Shown: one piece after another, positions 28,168 through 36,913 of the stretch
Numbering within the stretch: position 1 is the stretch's first letter
Layout: each line of letters starts with the position of its first letter
Origin: Planctomycetaceae bacterium
Lineage (GTDB): Bacteria > Planctomycetota > Planctomycetia > Planctomycetales > Planctomycetaceae
Assembly (NCBI GenBank): GCA_019636315.1
Contig: JAHBXU010000001.1
Coordinates: 1 to 42,356 of the forward strand
Reading direction: 5' to 3'
Length of the DNA: 42,356 bases
Translations under genes and position numbers: made by a program
The notes under the pieces: generated by a model
Database searches by the model: none
What the model saw: only the letters and a program-made list of their open reading frames with translations
Told to the model about the DNA's origin: nothing

Positions 28168-29370
28168 TTACTGGGATTGCTCGCTGAGCACGGCGATCCC
28201 AGGTAGTTCTTCACCGCCAATGAATTTCAACGATGCCCCTCCGCCTGTTGACACATGGCTGATCTCCGTCTCCAGTACTTCCGCTTTTCGCACCGCCGCC
28301 ACGGTGTCGCCGCCTCCCACCACCGTGAAGGCGCCACGCCAATGGGCCAGTGCCATGGCCCGCGCGATGTCGACTGTCCCGTCGGCACATTCATCGACTT
28401 CGAACGCGCCGAGGGGACCGTTCCAGAAGATGGTCCCGGTTCCTTGCAGCAACTCGTGCGCGAATGCCAGGGACGTATCGCGGCCGATATCCAATCCCAT
28501 AAAGCCTGCAGGGATCTCTCGATGGACGAGTTGCAGTCTGTCCCGCTGCTCCGCGTTAGCGGCAATGACGTGGTCCTCCGGCAGCAGAATGTGCTTTCGA
28601 TACTGCGCCAGCACGTCTTTGGCCCAGGGAATGAATTCAGGCTCGACCGGCGAATCACCCGTCGCCACGCCTTGGGCAGCCAGGAACGTATAGGCGATTC
28701 CGCCGCCCAGAAGGATGGTATCGGCCTTCGGCAGCAGCGCCTTCAACGCCGACAGCTTGTCCTTGATCTTGATCCCACCGACCACCACCCTGAAGGGACG
28801 AACGGGGCGATCGCGCACCTGACTCAGGACATCCATTTCCTTACGCACGAGAAAACCGGCCAGGCGGTCTGCGAAGAGTTGTGCTGCTCCGTACGTCGAA
28901 GCATGGGCCCGGTGCATCGTGCCGAAGGCATCGTTCACATAGAGCTCCGCCAGTGCGGCGAGTTGCTTGGCAAAGACCGGATCATTTGCCTCCTCGCCCG
29001 GTTCGAACCGCAGATTCTCGAGCAGCAGAACCTCTCCAGGCTTCAACGTGGTGAGCGCTTGTTTCACCGACTCGCCAACCGCCGCCTCGACGAACTTTAC
29101 TGTTGAGACTCTCAGAATCTGTCCAAGGCGATCAGCAACCGGTTTCAGCGACAGTGCTGGCACCACTTTCCCCTTGGGCTTTCCCAGATGGGAGGCGAGG
29201 ATCACTTTCGCGCCACGCTGGGAGAGGTATTCAATCGTCGGGATGGCTTGCCGAAGGCGGTAGTCCTCACGAATCCGACCGTGATCGAGAGGCACGTTGA
29301 AGTCCACACGAACCAAGACCGTTCGTTCTCGATAGCGATCATGGGGTAGATCAGAGATGATTCGTTTCAT
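28168..29370 (-). CDS. pgk: phosphoglycerate kinase
   Basis: 400 aa. It has RVDFNVPL near the N-terminus, FWNGPLGAFE, and GGGDTVAAV near the C-terminus. Confidence 0.95.
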   Translation of the reverse strand: MKRIISDLPHDRYRERTVLVRVDFNVPLDHGRIREDYRLRQAIPTIEYLSQRGAKVILASHLGKPKGKVVPALSLKPVADRLGQILRVSTVKFVEAAVGESVKQALTTLKPGEVLLLENLRFEPGEEANDPVFAKQLAALAELYVNDAFGTMHRAHASTYGAAQLFADRLAGFLVRKEMDVLSQVRDRPVRPFRVVVGGIKIKDKLSALKALLPKADTILLGGGIAYTFLAAQGVATGDSPVEPEFIPWAKDVLAQYRKHILLPEDHVIAANAEQRDRLQLVHREIPAGFMGLDIGRDTSLAFAHELLQGTGTIFWNGPLGAFEVDECADGTVDIARAMALAHWRGAFTVVGGGDTVAAVRKAEVLETEISHVSTGGGASLKFIGGEELPGIAVLSEQSQ

Positions 29371-29392
29371 CGGTCCGTCCTCCCTGTGAGTC

Positions 29393-31834
29393 TCAGTCAG
29401 TGGGTTGTGCGGCCCCCCGCTGTAAACCCTGTTCCAGTTTCAGAATGGCCATCGTGGTCTTCAGGACCGCGTCAGGGTTGAGCGAGATGCTGTCGATGCC
29501 TTGCTCGACCAAGAACGAGGCCACGTCTGGATAGTCGCTCGGGGCCTGTCCGCAGATGCCGATCTTCTTCCCCTTCTTCCGGGCCGTCGTAATCACCGAC
29601 GCCATCATTGATGTCACCGCCTGGTTACGCTCATCGAACAGATGGGCGATGATCTCGGAATCTCGATCCACCCCAAGCGTCAATTGGGTAAGATCGTTGG
29701 ACCCGATGGAGAATCCGTCAAAGACCTCAGCGAACTGATCCGCCAACACGACATTGCTCGGAACTTCGCACATGACGTAGATCTCGAGCCCGTTCTCACC
29801 GCGCGTAAGCCCATGCTTCGCCATTTCAGCCTGGACCAGTCGCCCTTCTTCGACGGTGCGGCAGAACGGGATCATGAGCTTCACGTTGGTGAGTCCCATC
29901 TCGCCACGGACTTTCTTCATCGCACGGCACTCCAAGGCAAACCCGGCCTGATAGCGTGAATCGTAGTAGCGAGACGCACCGCGGAAGCCGATCATAGGAT
30001 TTTCCTCTGTCGGCTCATAGCCCCTTCCGCCGATGAGGTTCGCGTATTCGTTGGATTTGAAGTCACTGAGTCGGACGATGACGTCCTTGGGATAGAAGGC
30101 TGCCGCAATCATCGCAACCCCTTGGGCCAGCTTGTCCACGAAGAACTGGGCCTTGTCGGCGTAGCCCACTGTCAGTCGGTCGATCTCAGCCTTGACCGCG
30201 GCATCGTCCAACCGGTCATAGTTGAGGAGTGCGAGGGGATGTACCTTTATATAGGTGGAGATGATGAACTCCTCTCTCGCCAGCCCGACGCCGTCATTGG
30301 GGATGAAGGACAACGCGAAGGCCTCTTCCGGATTTCCGACGTTCATCATGATCTTGGTCCTCGGTCTTGTGAGGTCGCTGAGCTCAACGCGCTGCACGGT
30401 GAAGGGGAGTGCCTCTTCATAGACAAATCCCGTATCACCCTCGGCACAGGACAGCGTGACCATCTGGCCGTCCCGCAGCACCTCCGTGGCATTGCCCGTT
30501 CCGACGATAGCCGGAACGCCGAGTTCTCGACTCACAATGGCGGCATGGCATGTTCTGCCGCCGCGATTCGTGATGATGCCTGACGCCTTCTTCATCACCG
30601 GCTCCCAATCCGGATCCGTCTTGTCCGTGACCAGCACGTCGCCGTCAGTGAAGTCGCGCAACTGCTGGAGGTGTTTGACGACGCGAACCGGCCCAAGGCT
30701 GATTTTGCTGCCGACACTTCGGCCGGTGAGCAGCACCTTGCCTTTCCGACCTAAGCGATACAGTTCGAGCGAGTCTTGGCGCTTTTGCGACTGCACGGTT
30801 TCCGGCCTGGCCTGGACGATAAAGAGTTCGCCCGTATGCCCGTCTTTCGCCCATTCCATATCCATGGGGCTGGTCCGACCCTTCTTGGCACTGTAATGGT
30901 CTTCGATCACGCAGGCCCATCGTGCCAACGTGAGAATCTCGTCGTCTGTGATCGCAAATCTGGCGCGATCATCGGGTGGAACCGGCACATTCTTGACCAA
31001 CTTGCTTCCGCCGACATCGTACACGAGCTTGAACTCTTTGCTGCCCAGTATCTTCTGGAGGATCGGCCGGAATCCCTGCCTGAGGGTGGGCTTGAAGACA
31101 TAGTATTCATCGGGATTCACGGCCCCTTGCACGACGTTTTCTCCTAATCCATAGGAGGCATTGATCAGCACGGCATCGCGAAAGCCGGTCTCCGTATCGA
31201 TCGAAAACATGATGCCGGATGCGCTCAGATCCGACCGCACCATGCGTTGGACACCGATCGACAGCGCAATCTTGAGGTGATCAAACCTCTTATCAACCCG
31301 ATAGGAGATCGCACGGTCCGTGAAGAGTGAGGCAAAACACCGCTTGCAGGCATCGAGCAGCGCCTGATGGCCCTGCACGTTGAGATACGTTTCCTGCTGG
31401 CCGGCAAAGCTGGCATCCGGAAGATCTTCTGCGGTTGCGCTGCTCCGGACCGCAACATCCACGAGATCAACATGCCCATCACTCAGCCGGTCATAGGCCT
31501 CTACGATGGCTTGTTCGAGATCCTGCTGGAGACTGGCCGCCAGCATGGCCTGACGGATCTGTCTCCCCCGCTGACGGAGATTGTCCAGGTCGCGCGTGTC
31601 CAGCCCATGGAGTATCTGTGTGATCCGCTGATCCAACCCGGTCTCGCGAAGAAACGAGCGATAGGCCTCGGCCGTAATGGCAAACCCATTGGGAACCTTC
31701 ACACCCCGTGAGGCCAATTCCCGGTACATCTCGCCCAGCGAGGCATTCTTACCCCCAACCAACGGGATATCGTCGATTCCAATGTCCTCAAACCAGCGGA
31801 TCCTGGCTTGGGTAGTGGTAGCGGTATACGACAT
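29393..31834 (-). CDS. ppsA: phosphoenolpyruvate synthase (pyruvate, water dikinase)
   Basis: 813 aa. It has an N-terminal ATP-grasp region (VGGKNASLGEM), a phosphohistidine motif (GGRTCHAAIVSRELGVPAIVG) and C-terminal PEP-utilising motifs (MCEVPSN, GSNDLTQLTLGVDRDS). Confidence 0.95.
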   Translation of the reverse strand: MSYTATTTQARIRWFEDIGIDDIPLVGGKNASLGEMYRELASRGVKVPNGFAITAEAYRSFLRETGLDQRITQILHGLDTRDLDNLRQRGRQIRQAMLAASLQQDLEQAIVEAYDRLSDGHVDLVDVAVRSSATAEDLPDASFAGQQETYLNVQGHQALLDACKRCFASLFTDRAISYRVDKRFDHLKIALSIGVQRMVRSDLSASGIMFSIDTETGFRDAVLINASYGLGENVVQGAVNPDEYYVFKPTLRQGFRPILQKILGSKEFKLVYDVGGSKLVKNVPVPPDDRARFAITDDEILTLARWACVIEDHYSAKKGRTSPMDMEWAKDGHTGELFIVQARPETVQSQKRQDSLELYRLGRKGKVLLTGRSVGSKISLGPVRVVKHLQQLRDFTDGDVLVTDKTDPDWEPVMKKASGIITNRGGRTCHAAIVSRELGVPAIVGTGNATEVLRDGQMVTLSCAEGDTGFVYEEALPFTVQRVELSDLTRPRTKIMMNVGNPEEAFALSFIPNDGVGLAREEFIISTYIKVHPLALLNYDRLDDAAVKAEIDRLTVGYADKAQFFVDKLAQGVAMIAAAFYPKDVIVRLSDFKSNEYANLIGGRGYEPTEENPMIGFRGASRYYDSRYQAGFALECRAMKKVRGEMGLTNVKLMIPFCRTVEEGRLVQAEMAKHGLTRGENGLEIYVMCEVPSNVVLADQFAEVFDGFSIGSNDLTQLTLGVDRDSEIIAHLFDERNQAVTSMMASVITTARKKGKKIGICGQAPSDYPDVASFLVEQGIDSISLNPDAVLKTTMAILKLEQGLQRGAAQPTD

Positions 31835-31867
31835 GTCTCAACTCCTTCTGCCACTTTTCTCGTGGCG

Positions 31868-32359
31868 CTATTTTTCAATGACGAAGCCCGCAGCCTTCCA
31901 GCCGTCCAATCCACCGTAGAGGCTCAGCACGTTCGCGTAACCGAGCATCCTCAGTACGGCTAACGCGATAGCACCCCGATGTCCGGTTTTGCAGTAGACA
32001 ATCAATGACGCCGCTTTGTCGCCCGGGAGGTCGTCGATGGCTGTCATGAGACTGCGGAGCGGGACGTTTTTGGCGCCCGGAATATGCTCAACCGCAAACT
32101 CGTTTGGTTCGCGTACATCGAGCACGTGGGGTACGCCGGTGGCGATCGCCTTCTCGGCCGCGACGCCCTTGATGCTGTAGTAGTCGTCGGGCATCGCGGC
32201 AAGCATCTGTTCTGCGGCGGTTCGCACCGGTGTTGACATCCACTCATGTGTCGCGGCGGCATCACTGACCTTCGCCGCATGTACCGGGCCGACCAGAACA
32301 GCGCACAGAACCAATGCGGTGCCGCTGCATGCTCGTTGTGCTAAGGCCATGGCTGCCAT
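31868..32359 (-). CDS. secreted single-domain rhodanese-like sulfurtransferase
   Basis: 163 aa. The Sec-type signal peptide (MAAMALAQRACSGTALVLCAVLVGPVHA) ends in VHA-AK. The rhodanese active-site loop is VYCKTGHRGAIA, followed by a C-terminal GGLDGW motif. Confidence 0.8.
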   Translation of the reverse strand: MAAMALAQRACSGTALVLCAVLVGPVHAAKVSDAAATHEWMSTPVRTAAEQMLAAMPDDYYSIKGVAAEKAIATGVPHVLDVREPNEFAVEHIPGAKNVPLRSLMTAIDDLPGDKAASLIVYCKTGHRGAIALAVLRMLGYANVLSLYGGLDGWKAAGFVIEK

Positions 32360-32435
32360 CCTCTCTCATCGATTGTGCGAGTTCTGTCGGCAGAAGAGCT
32401 GCCACCCCAGCATCACATACACGGGTCGGTCCCCT

Positions 32436-34064
32436 CTATTTCACTTCTCTCACCATGTCGATGGCGCCGCAGGGACATTCCTCCGCGCAGAGCCCGCATC
32501 CTTTACAGTAGTCGTAGTTGATCGCATACCGCTTCCCAGGTCCGAGCTTGATCACGGCGCTGTCGGGACACACCGCATAGCAGTTGTCACAGTTGAAGCA
32601 GTTGCCGCAGGACAGACAGCGGCGTGCCTCCAAGAGCGCGGTGTCCGCATCAAGGCCGCCGACGATCTCATCAAAACTCGACCGACGCCGCACCAGATTC
32701 AGTAACGGCTGCTTCGAGGCGTCTGCGTCGGTGTAGTACCAGGTGTTCAAACGGCTGAAGGTCGCCGGCTCATGAGCTTCCGGTTTGACGTACGCGGAGC
32801 CGCGCAAATAGGCATCGATGTGGCGGGCGGCCTTCTTCCCCTGGCCGGTGGCCACCGTGACGGATTGCTCGCCTGGCACCATGTCTCCGCCGGCGAAGAT
32901 ACCGGGACGGCCAGTCATCATCGTCCCATCCACTTCGATGGTTCCGTCCTCCCGTACACGCAACCCGGATACCCGACGAAGAAAACCGGTATCGGCCCGT
33001 TGCCCCAACGCCAGAATCACGCTATCGGCTTCGATCCTTTCGAAGCGACCGGTCGGTTGTGGTTTCCCTTGTTCATCGAGTGCCATTTCCTCGACTGTCA
33101 ATGTCGATTCGTCACCTTGCGCGATCCTTCGTAGCCATTGGAACTGCACGCCTTCGTCCTGGGCTTCCGTGATTTCGCTGGCAAACGCCGGCGCATGGCC
33201 CAAATCTCGACGGTAAATAATGATGACCGGTTCCATCCCCAACCGCTCGACACTGCGTGCCACGTCGATGGCCGTGTTGCCTCCACCGTAGATCGCGACG
33301 CGGCGTCCTAGCTTGGGGCGAGCCGCCCCTTCCATGTCGCGCAAGAACGTGACGGCATCGAGAACCCGCTTGGCATCGACCCCCGGAATTTCGACGCGCC
33401 GGGCTAGATGCGCGCCAAGCGCGAGAAAGGCGGCGTCGAATCGTCCTTCCGCCATGGTCGCCTCAAGATCGTCGACTCGGCTGTTCAGCCTAATCGTGAC
33501 ACCCATGGATTGAATTCTTGCGACTTCGGCATCCACGATCTCACGCGGCAGTCGGTACTTGGGGATGCCGTACCGCATCATGCCGCCAGCTTGTGGACCG
33601 GCTTCATGAATGGTGACCTGATGCCCCATCCGAGCCAAGTGATAGGCCGTGGAGAGTCCGCCTGGACCGGCGCCGATGACCAACACGTTCTTCCCCGTCC
33701 GTGGAGCGCACGCCACCCGCCACCCTTGCGCGATCGCCTGATCACCCAGGAACCGTTCCACCGCGTGAATGCTGACGGCCTCATCGATATGCCCACGATT
33801 ACAGGCGCTTTCACAGGGGTGATAACAGACGCGGCCGTGGATCGCGGGCATCGGGTTGTCCTGCATGAGCTGTTGCCATGCTTCTTCGTAGGCCCCTTCT
33901 TCAGCATGATAGAGCCAGGCCTGAATGTTCTCGCCGGCCGGGCAGGCGTGGTTGCACGGTGGCAAGCGATCGACATAGATCGGTTTCATCGTGCGCCAGT
34001 TTCCCGTGTGGTTGGCCAGGCTCGTGTTCGGATCGAGCGTGATGGCAAATGGTGTGCGTTCCAT
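32436..34064 (-). CDS. GltD/NfnB-like NAD(P)H-dependent flavoprotein with a C-terminal 2x[4Fe-4S] ferredoxin (OFOR-delta-like) domain
   Basis: 542 aa. GltD-type N-terminal Cys motifs are PPCNHACPAGENIQ and GRVCYHPCESACNRG. Two dinucleotide-binding motifs are present (VLVIGAGPGGLSTA, VAIYGGGNTAID), plus GIFAGGD. Two CxxCxxCxxxCP motifs occur (CFNCDNCYAVCP, CKGCGLCAEECP). The gene starts 8 nt after the OFOR beta gene. Confidence 0.85.
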   Translation of the reverse strand: MERTPFAITLDPNTSLANHTGNWRTMKPIYVDRLPPCNHACPAGENIQAWLYHAEEGAYEEAWQQLMQDNPMPAIHGRVCYHPCESACNRGHIDEAVSIHAVERFLGDQAIAQGWRVACAPRTGKNVLVIGAGPGGLSTAYHLARMGHQVTIHEAGPQAGGMMRYGIPKYRLPREIVDAEVARIQSMGVTIRLNSRVDDLEATMAEGRFDAAFLALGAHLARRVEIPGVDAKRVLDAVTFLRDMEGAARPKLGRRVAIYGGGNTAIDVARSVERLGMEPVIIIYRRDLGHAPAFASEITEAQDEGVQFQWLRRIAQGDESTLTVEEMALDEQGKPQPTGRFERIEADSVILALGQRADTGFLRRVSGLRVREDGTIEVDGTMMTGRPGIFAGGDMVPGEQSVTVATGQGKKAARHIDAYLRGSAYVKPEAHEPATFSRLNTWYYTDADASKQPLLNLVRRRSSFDEIVGGLDADTALLEARRCLSCGNCFNCDNCYAVCPDSAVIKLGPGKRYAINYDYCKGCGLCAEECPCGAIDMVREVK

Positions 34065-34072
34065 AGGTGCCT

Positions 34073-35074
34073 CTATTCCATCAGTCCATAAACAGCGATG
34101 TTGTCATCTGCCATTGCTTGGATCGCGGCGAGGGCTTCCGTGTCCTGCGGCGGACCGAACAGATGCTTGAATCGAGTCTGTAGCTCCAGATAGCGTTCGA
34201 CAGGAACTTTGCGGCGAATCGGCGTGGAGCAGATGACTTTTCCGAATTCGGCCTCGAACAGAGGGAACAGCCCGGATTCCACCGCCAGGCGCGCCACCTT
34301 CATCGTGTGTGCGGGGTCCGAGCCCCACCCCAGCGGACAAGGCACGTGCACATGGATATACCGAGCCCCGCGAACACCGATCGCCTTCGTGACTTTTCGT
34401 TCCAGGTCATGGAGATCGGCCACAGAGGCCGTCGCGACATAGGGGATCCCATGCGCGAGGGCAATCCGTGGCACGTTCTTCCCGTTCCCAATCGGGTTGC
34501 CGGGATGCTCACCCACGGCTTGCGTCGTGTTGGTTCGGGCGAACGGAGGGGTCGCCCCCGAGCGTTGGATGCCGGTGTTCATGTAGGCTTCGTTGTCGTA
34601 ACAGAGATACAGGACGTCATCGTTTCGCTCAAACATCCCGGACAGACAACCGAACCCAATGTCGACCGTCGCTCCGTCACCCCCTTGCGCGATCACCGTC
34701 ACGTCGTCACGCCTCTTGGCACGAAGCGCCGCGGCGATCCCGCTCGCCACCGCCGGTGCATTGCCGAACAGCGAATGCATCCAGGGAATTTGCCAAGCGC
34801 TTTCGGGATAGGGGCTGGAAAAGACCTCCAGACAGCCGGTTGCATTCACGGCAATCAATTGATTGTGGCTGGCACGCATGGCGGCATCGAGCGCGTAACG
34901 CGCCCCCAGCGCTTCGCCGCAACCTTGGCAGGCTCGGTGACCGGAGTTGAGCGAATTGGTCCGATCCAACCGGGATTGGACGGTCCGCGTCGCTTCATCG
35001 AGCAAACGGTTCCCAGCCGTGAAGGTGCCGGTCTGATAAAACTTTATGCGTTCCGTCGTCATCGCCTCGTCCAT
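34073..35074 (-). CDS. 2-oxoacid:ferredoxin oxidoreductase beta (TPP-binding) subunit
   Basis: The real start is judged to be the internal ATG at 35074 (MDEAMTTERIKF), which overlaps the alpha stop by 1 nt (TGATG). It has an ACQGCGE Cys motif and a TPP motif (AQGGDGATVDIGFGCLS). The 125-aa N-terminal extension in the track ORF is Arg/Cys-rich and overlaps the alpha gene. Confidence 0.9.
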   Translation of the reverse strand: MDEAMTTERIKFYQTGTFTAGNRLLDEATRTVQSRLDRTNSLNSGHRACQGCGEALGARYALDAAMRASHNQLIAVNATGCLEVFSSPYPESAWQIPWMHSLFGNAPAVASGIAAALRAKRRDDVTVIAQGGDGATVDIGFGCLSGMFERNDDVLYLCYDNEAYMNTGIQRSGATPPFARTNTTQAVGEHPGNPIGNGKNVPRIALAHGIPYVATASVADLHDLERKVTKAIGVRGARYIHVHVPCPLGWGSDPAHTMKVARLAVESGLFPLFEAEFGKVICSTPIRRKVPVERYLELQTRFKHLFGPPQDTEALAAIQAMADDNIAVYGLME

Positions 35075-36327
35075 CAACTCACTTTCGTTCCGATCACATT
35101 CATGGTTTGCAGCATATGCTCCGCGACTGGACCAGCCCGTCGGATGTCGCGCCGTCGAGCGAGCTCCTGCTCGATCACTGTCTTGTTGAGGTCCAAGAAG
35201 TACGGTTCTGTCAGACGTTCTGCACGAGCTTCCAGGATCATGTGCTTCAACGAAGATGTGGAGATGGAACGTCCTCCCAATCCTGCAATGACGGTGTGGA
35301 CGGAAATCTGCCGTCCTTGGAGCGCTGATTGGACGTCGGCAGAGACGATCCCTCCCATGCCGACGGCAAGGTCTTTCTCCACTACAATCACCCGCGTCGT
35401 CTTTTCTAGCAGTGCGCTTACCTGAAACTTCGGAAAGGGCCGATAGCATCCGATTTTGACGCAGCCGACCCGGACACCTGTGTTTCGCAGTTCGTCCACG
35501 GCGTCTTTGATCGTTCCGATGACCGACCCCATAGCAATCACCGCGATGTCGGCATCCTCCATGCGATAAGCGGAGCAGAGTCCGCCGGATCGTCGCTGAA
35601 AATGTTGCTCGAAGGCCTCCACCAATTCCGGCATGACCTCTAGCGCTCGAAGATGTTGTTGGTGCAAGAAATATTTAACTTCGGTAAACGCCTCCGGCCC
35701 CACCATGGCGCCGATGGAAACCGGACGTTCAGGATCAAGGACCTGTACCGGATCATAGGGAGGAAGATAGGCATTCACCTGAACGGCGTCCGGCACGTCC
35801 ACTGGTTCGTAGGCGTGCGTCAGCACATACCCGTCCATGCAGACCATCACCGGGCAACTCAGCGATTCGGCTAGACGGAACGCTTGAATGTGGAGATCGA
35901 CGGCGTCCTGATTATCCTCGGCAAACAACTGAATCCACCCAGCATCGCGCAACGCCATGCTGTCCGAATGATCGTTCCAAATATTGATCGGCGCGCCGAT
36001 CGCCCGGTTGGCGATGGTCATGACAATCGGGAGTCCTAGTCCGGCTACGTTGTAGACCGCCTCGGCCATAAAGAGCAGCCCCTGACTGCTCGTCGCCGTG
36101 TAGGTCCTCGCGCCGGAAGCCGAGGCGCCAATCAGGACACTCAAGGCGGCAAACTCGGATTCTACGTTCAGAAACTGGCAGCGTCCGATGTGGCCCTGCT
36201 TGGTCTTGCGTGATAACCGTTCGACAATGTGCGTCTGTGGGGAAATGGGATAGGCCGCAATGACCTCAGGTTGGCAGAGTGCAATAGCCTCAGCCACGGC
36301 TTGGGAACCCTCAATCTGCATGCGCAT
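35074..36327 (-). CDS. 2-oxoacid:ferredoxin oxidoreductase alpha subunit
   Basis: The internal ATG at 36327 gives MRMQIEGSQAVAEAIALCQPEVIAAYPISPQTHIVE, a typical PorA/VorA N-terminus. It overlaps the gamma 3' end by 17 nt. Confidence 0.9.
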   Translation of the reverse strand: MRMQIEGSQAVAEAIALCQPEVIAAYPISPQTHIVERLSRKTKQGHIGRCQFLNVESEFAALSVLIGASASGARTYTATSSQGLLFMAEAVYNVAGLGLPIVMTIANRAIGAPINIWNDHSDSMALRDAGWIQLFAEDNQDAVDLHIQAFRLAESLSCPVMVCMDGYVLTHAYEPVDVPDAVQVNAYLPPYDPVQVLDPERPVSIGAMVGPEAFTEVKYFLHQQHLRALEVMPELVEAFEQHFQRRSGGLCSAYRMEDADIAVIAMGSVIGTIKDAVDELRNTGVRVGCVKIGCYRPFPKFQVSALLEKTTRVIVVEKDLAVGMGGIVSADVQSALQGRQISVHTVIAGLGGRSISTSSLKHMILEARAERLTEPYFLDLNKTVIEQELARRRDIRRAGPVAEHMLQTMNVIGTKVS

Positions 36328-36913
36328 GGTGTACGATTCCCCTTTGTTCAGTAATAGAAGTGGTGACAACGTCAAACGCTTCCCGCGCGGCAGCCCGATT
36401 CGCCTCCCCGACCGCACCTGGGAATTTCTGCTGAATCGCTGACTCCACGGAGGCAAGCCGGATCAGTCCGGTGATCGCGGCGAACGCACCCAGCAGTGGC
36501 CCATTGGCAATGGGTCGCTTGAGGTATTTCAGCCCGAGGTCCGTGGCAGAGAACGCACACACATGGCCGAGGGGCAGCGTTGAGAGAAATTCCTCAATGT
36601 GGAGTGCATCGAGGGTCTGGGTCGAATTGATCAACACAAACCCGAGGGGGGCGAGCCCTCCGAACAAGTCGACCTGATGCAGGAGCGTCGGATCCTGAAT
36701 GATGACAACATCAGGGCGCGTCACCGTTTCGCGCGTGCGGATGGCTCCCTCAGCGACGCGGCAGAACGCCACAACCGGTGCTCCCATCCGTTCCGACCCG
36801 AAGCTCGGAAAGGCCTGGGCATATTTGCCGTCCATGAACGCCGCCATCGCGAGCAGTTCTGCCGCCGTCACGACCCCTTGCCCACCCCGCCCATGAATGC
36901 GGATTTGCCACAT
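36311..36913 (-). CDS. 2-oxoacid:ferredoxin oxidoreductase gamma subunit
   Basis: MWQIRIHGRGGQGVVTAAELLAMAAF is the gamma-subunit GRGGQG motif. The start is ambiguous among the ATGs at 36913, 36925 and 36931. The track's longer start at 37033 adds an Arg-rich, non-conserved extension. Confidence 0.85.
   Translation of the reverse strand: MWQIRIHGRGGQGVVTAAELLAMAAFMDGKYAQAFPSFGSERMGAPVVAFCRVAEGAIRTRETVTRPDVVIIQDPTLLHQVDLFGGLAPLGFVLINSTQTLDALHIEEFLSTLPLGHVCAFSATDLGLKYLKRPIANGPLLGAFAAITGLIRLASVESAIQQKFPGAVGEANRAAAREAFDVVTTSITEQRGIVHHAHAD

Noticed and set aside
35075-35449. N-terminal extensions offered by the ORF track for OFOR beta (to 35449), alpha (to 36456), gamma (to 37033), the PqiC-like lipoprotein (to 3221), the RbbA-like gene (to 22024), the DUF1207-like gene (to 18023) and GT39 (to 41404).
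   Set aside because: The extensions overlap the upstream genes or run through the Shine-Dalgarno sequence, and they are compositionally abnormal. They also precede internal starts that restore the canonical family N-termini or signal peptides and that mostly carry a recognisable SD (the OFOR gamma start does not).
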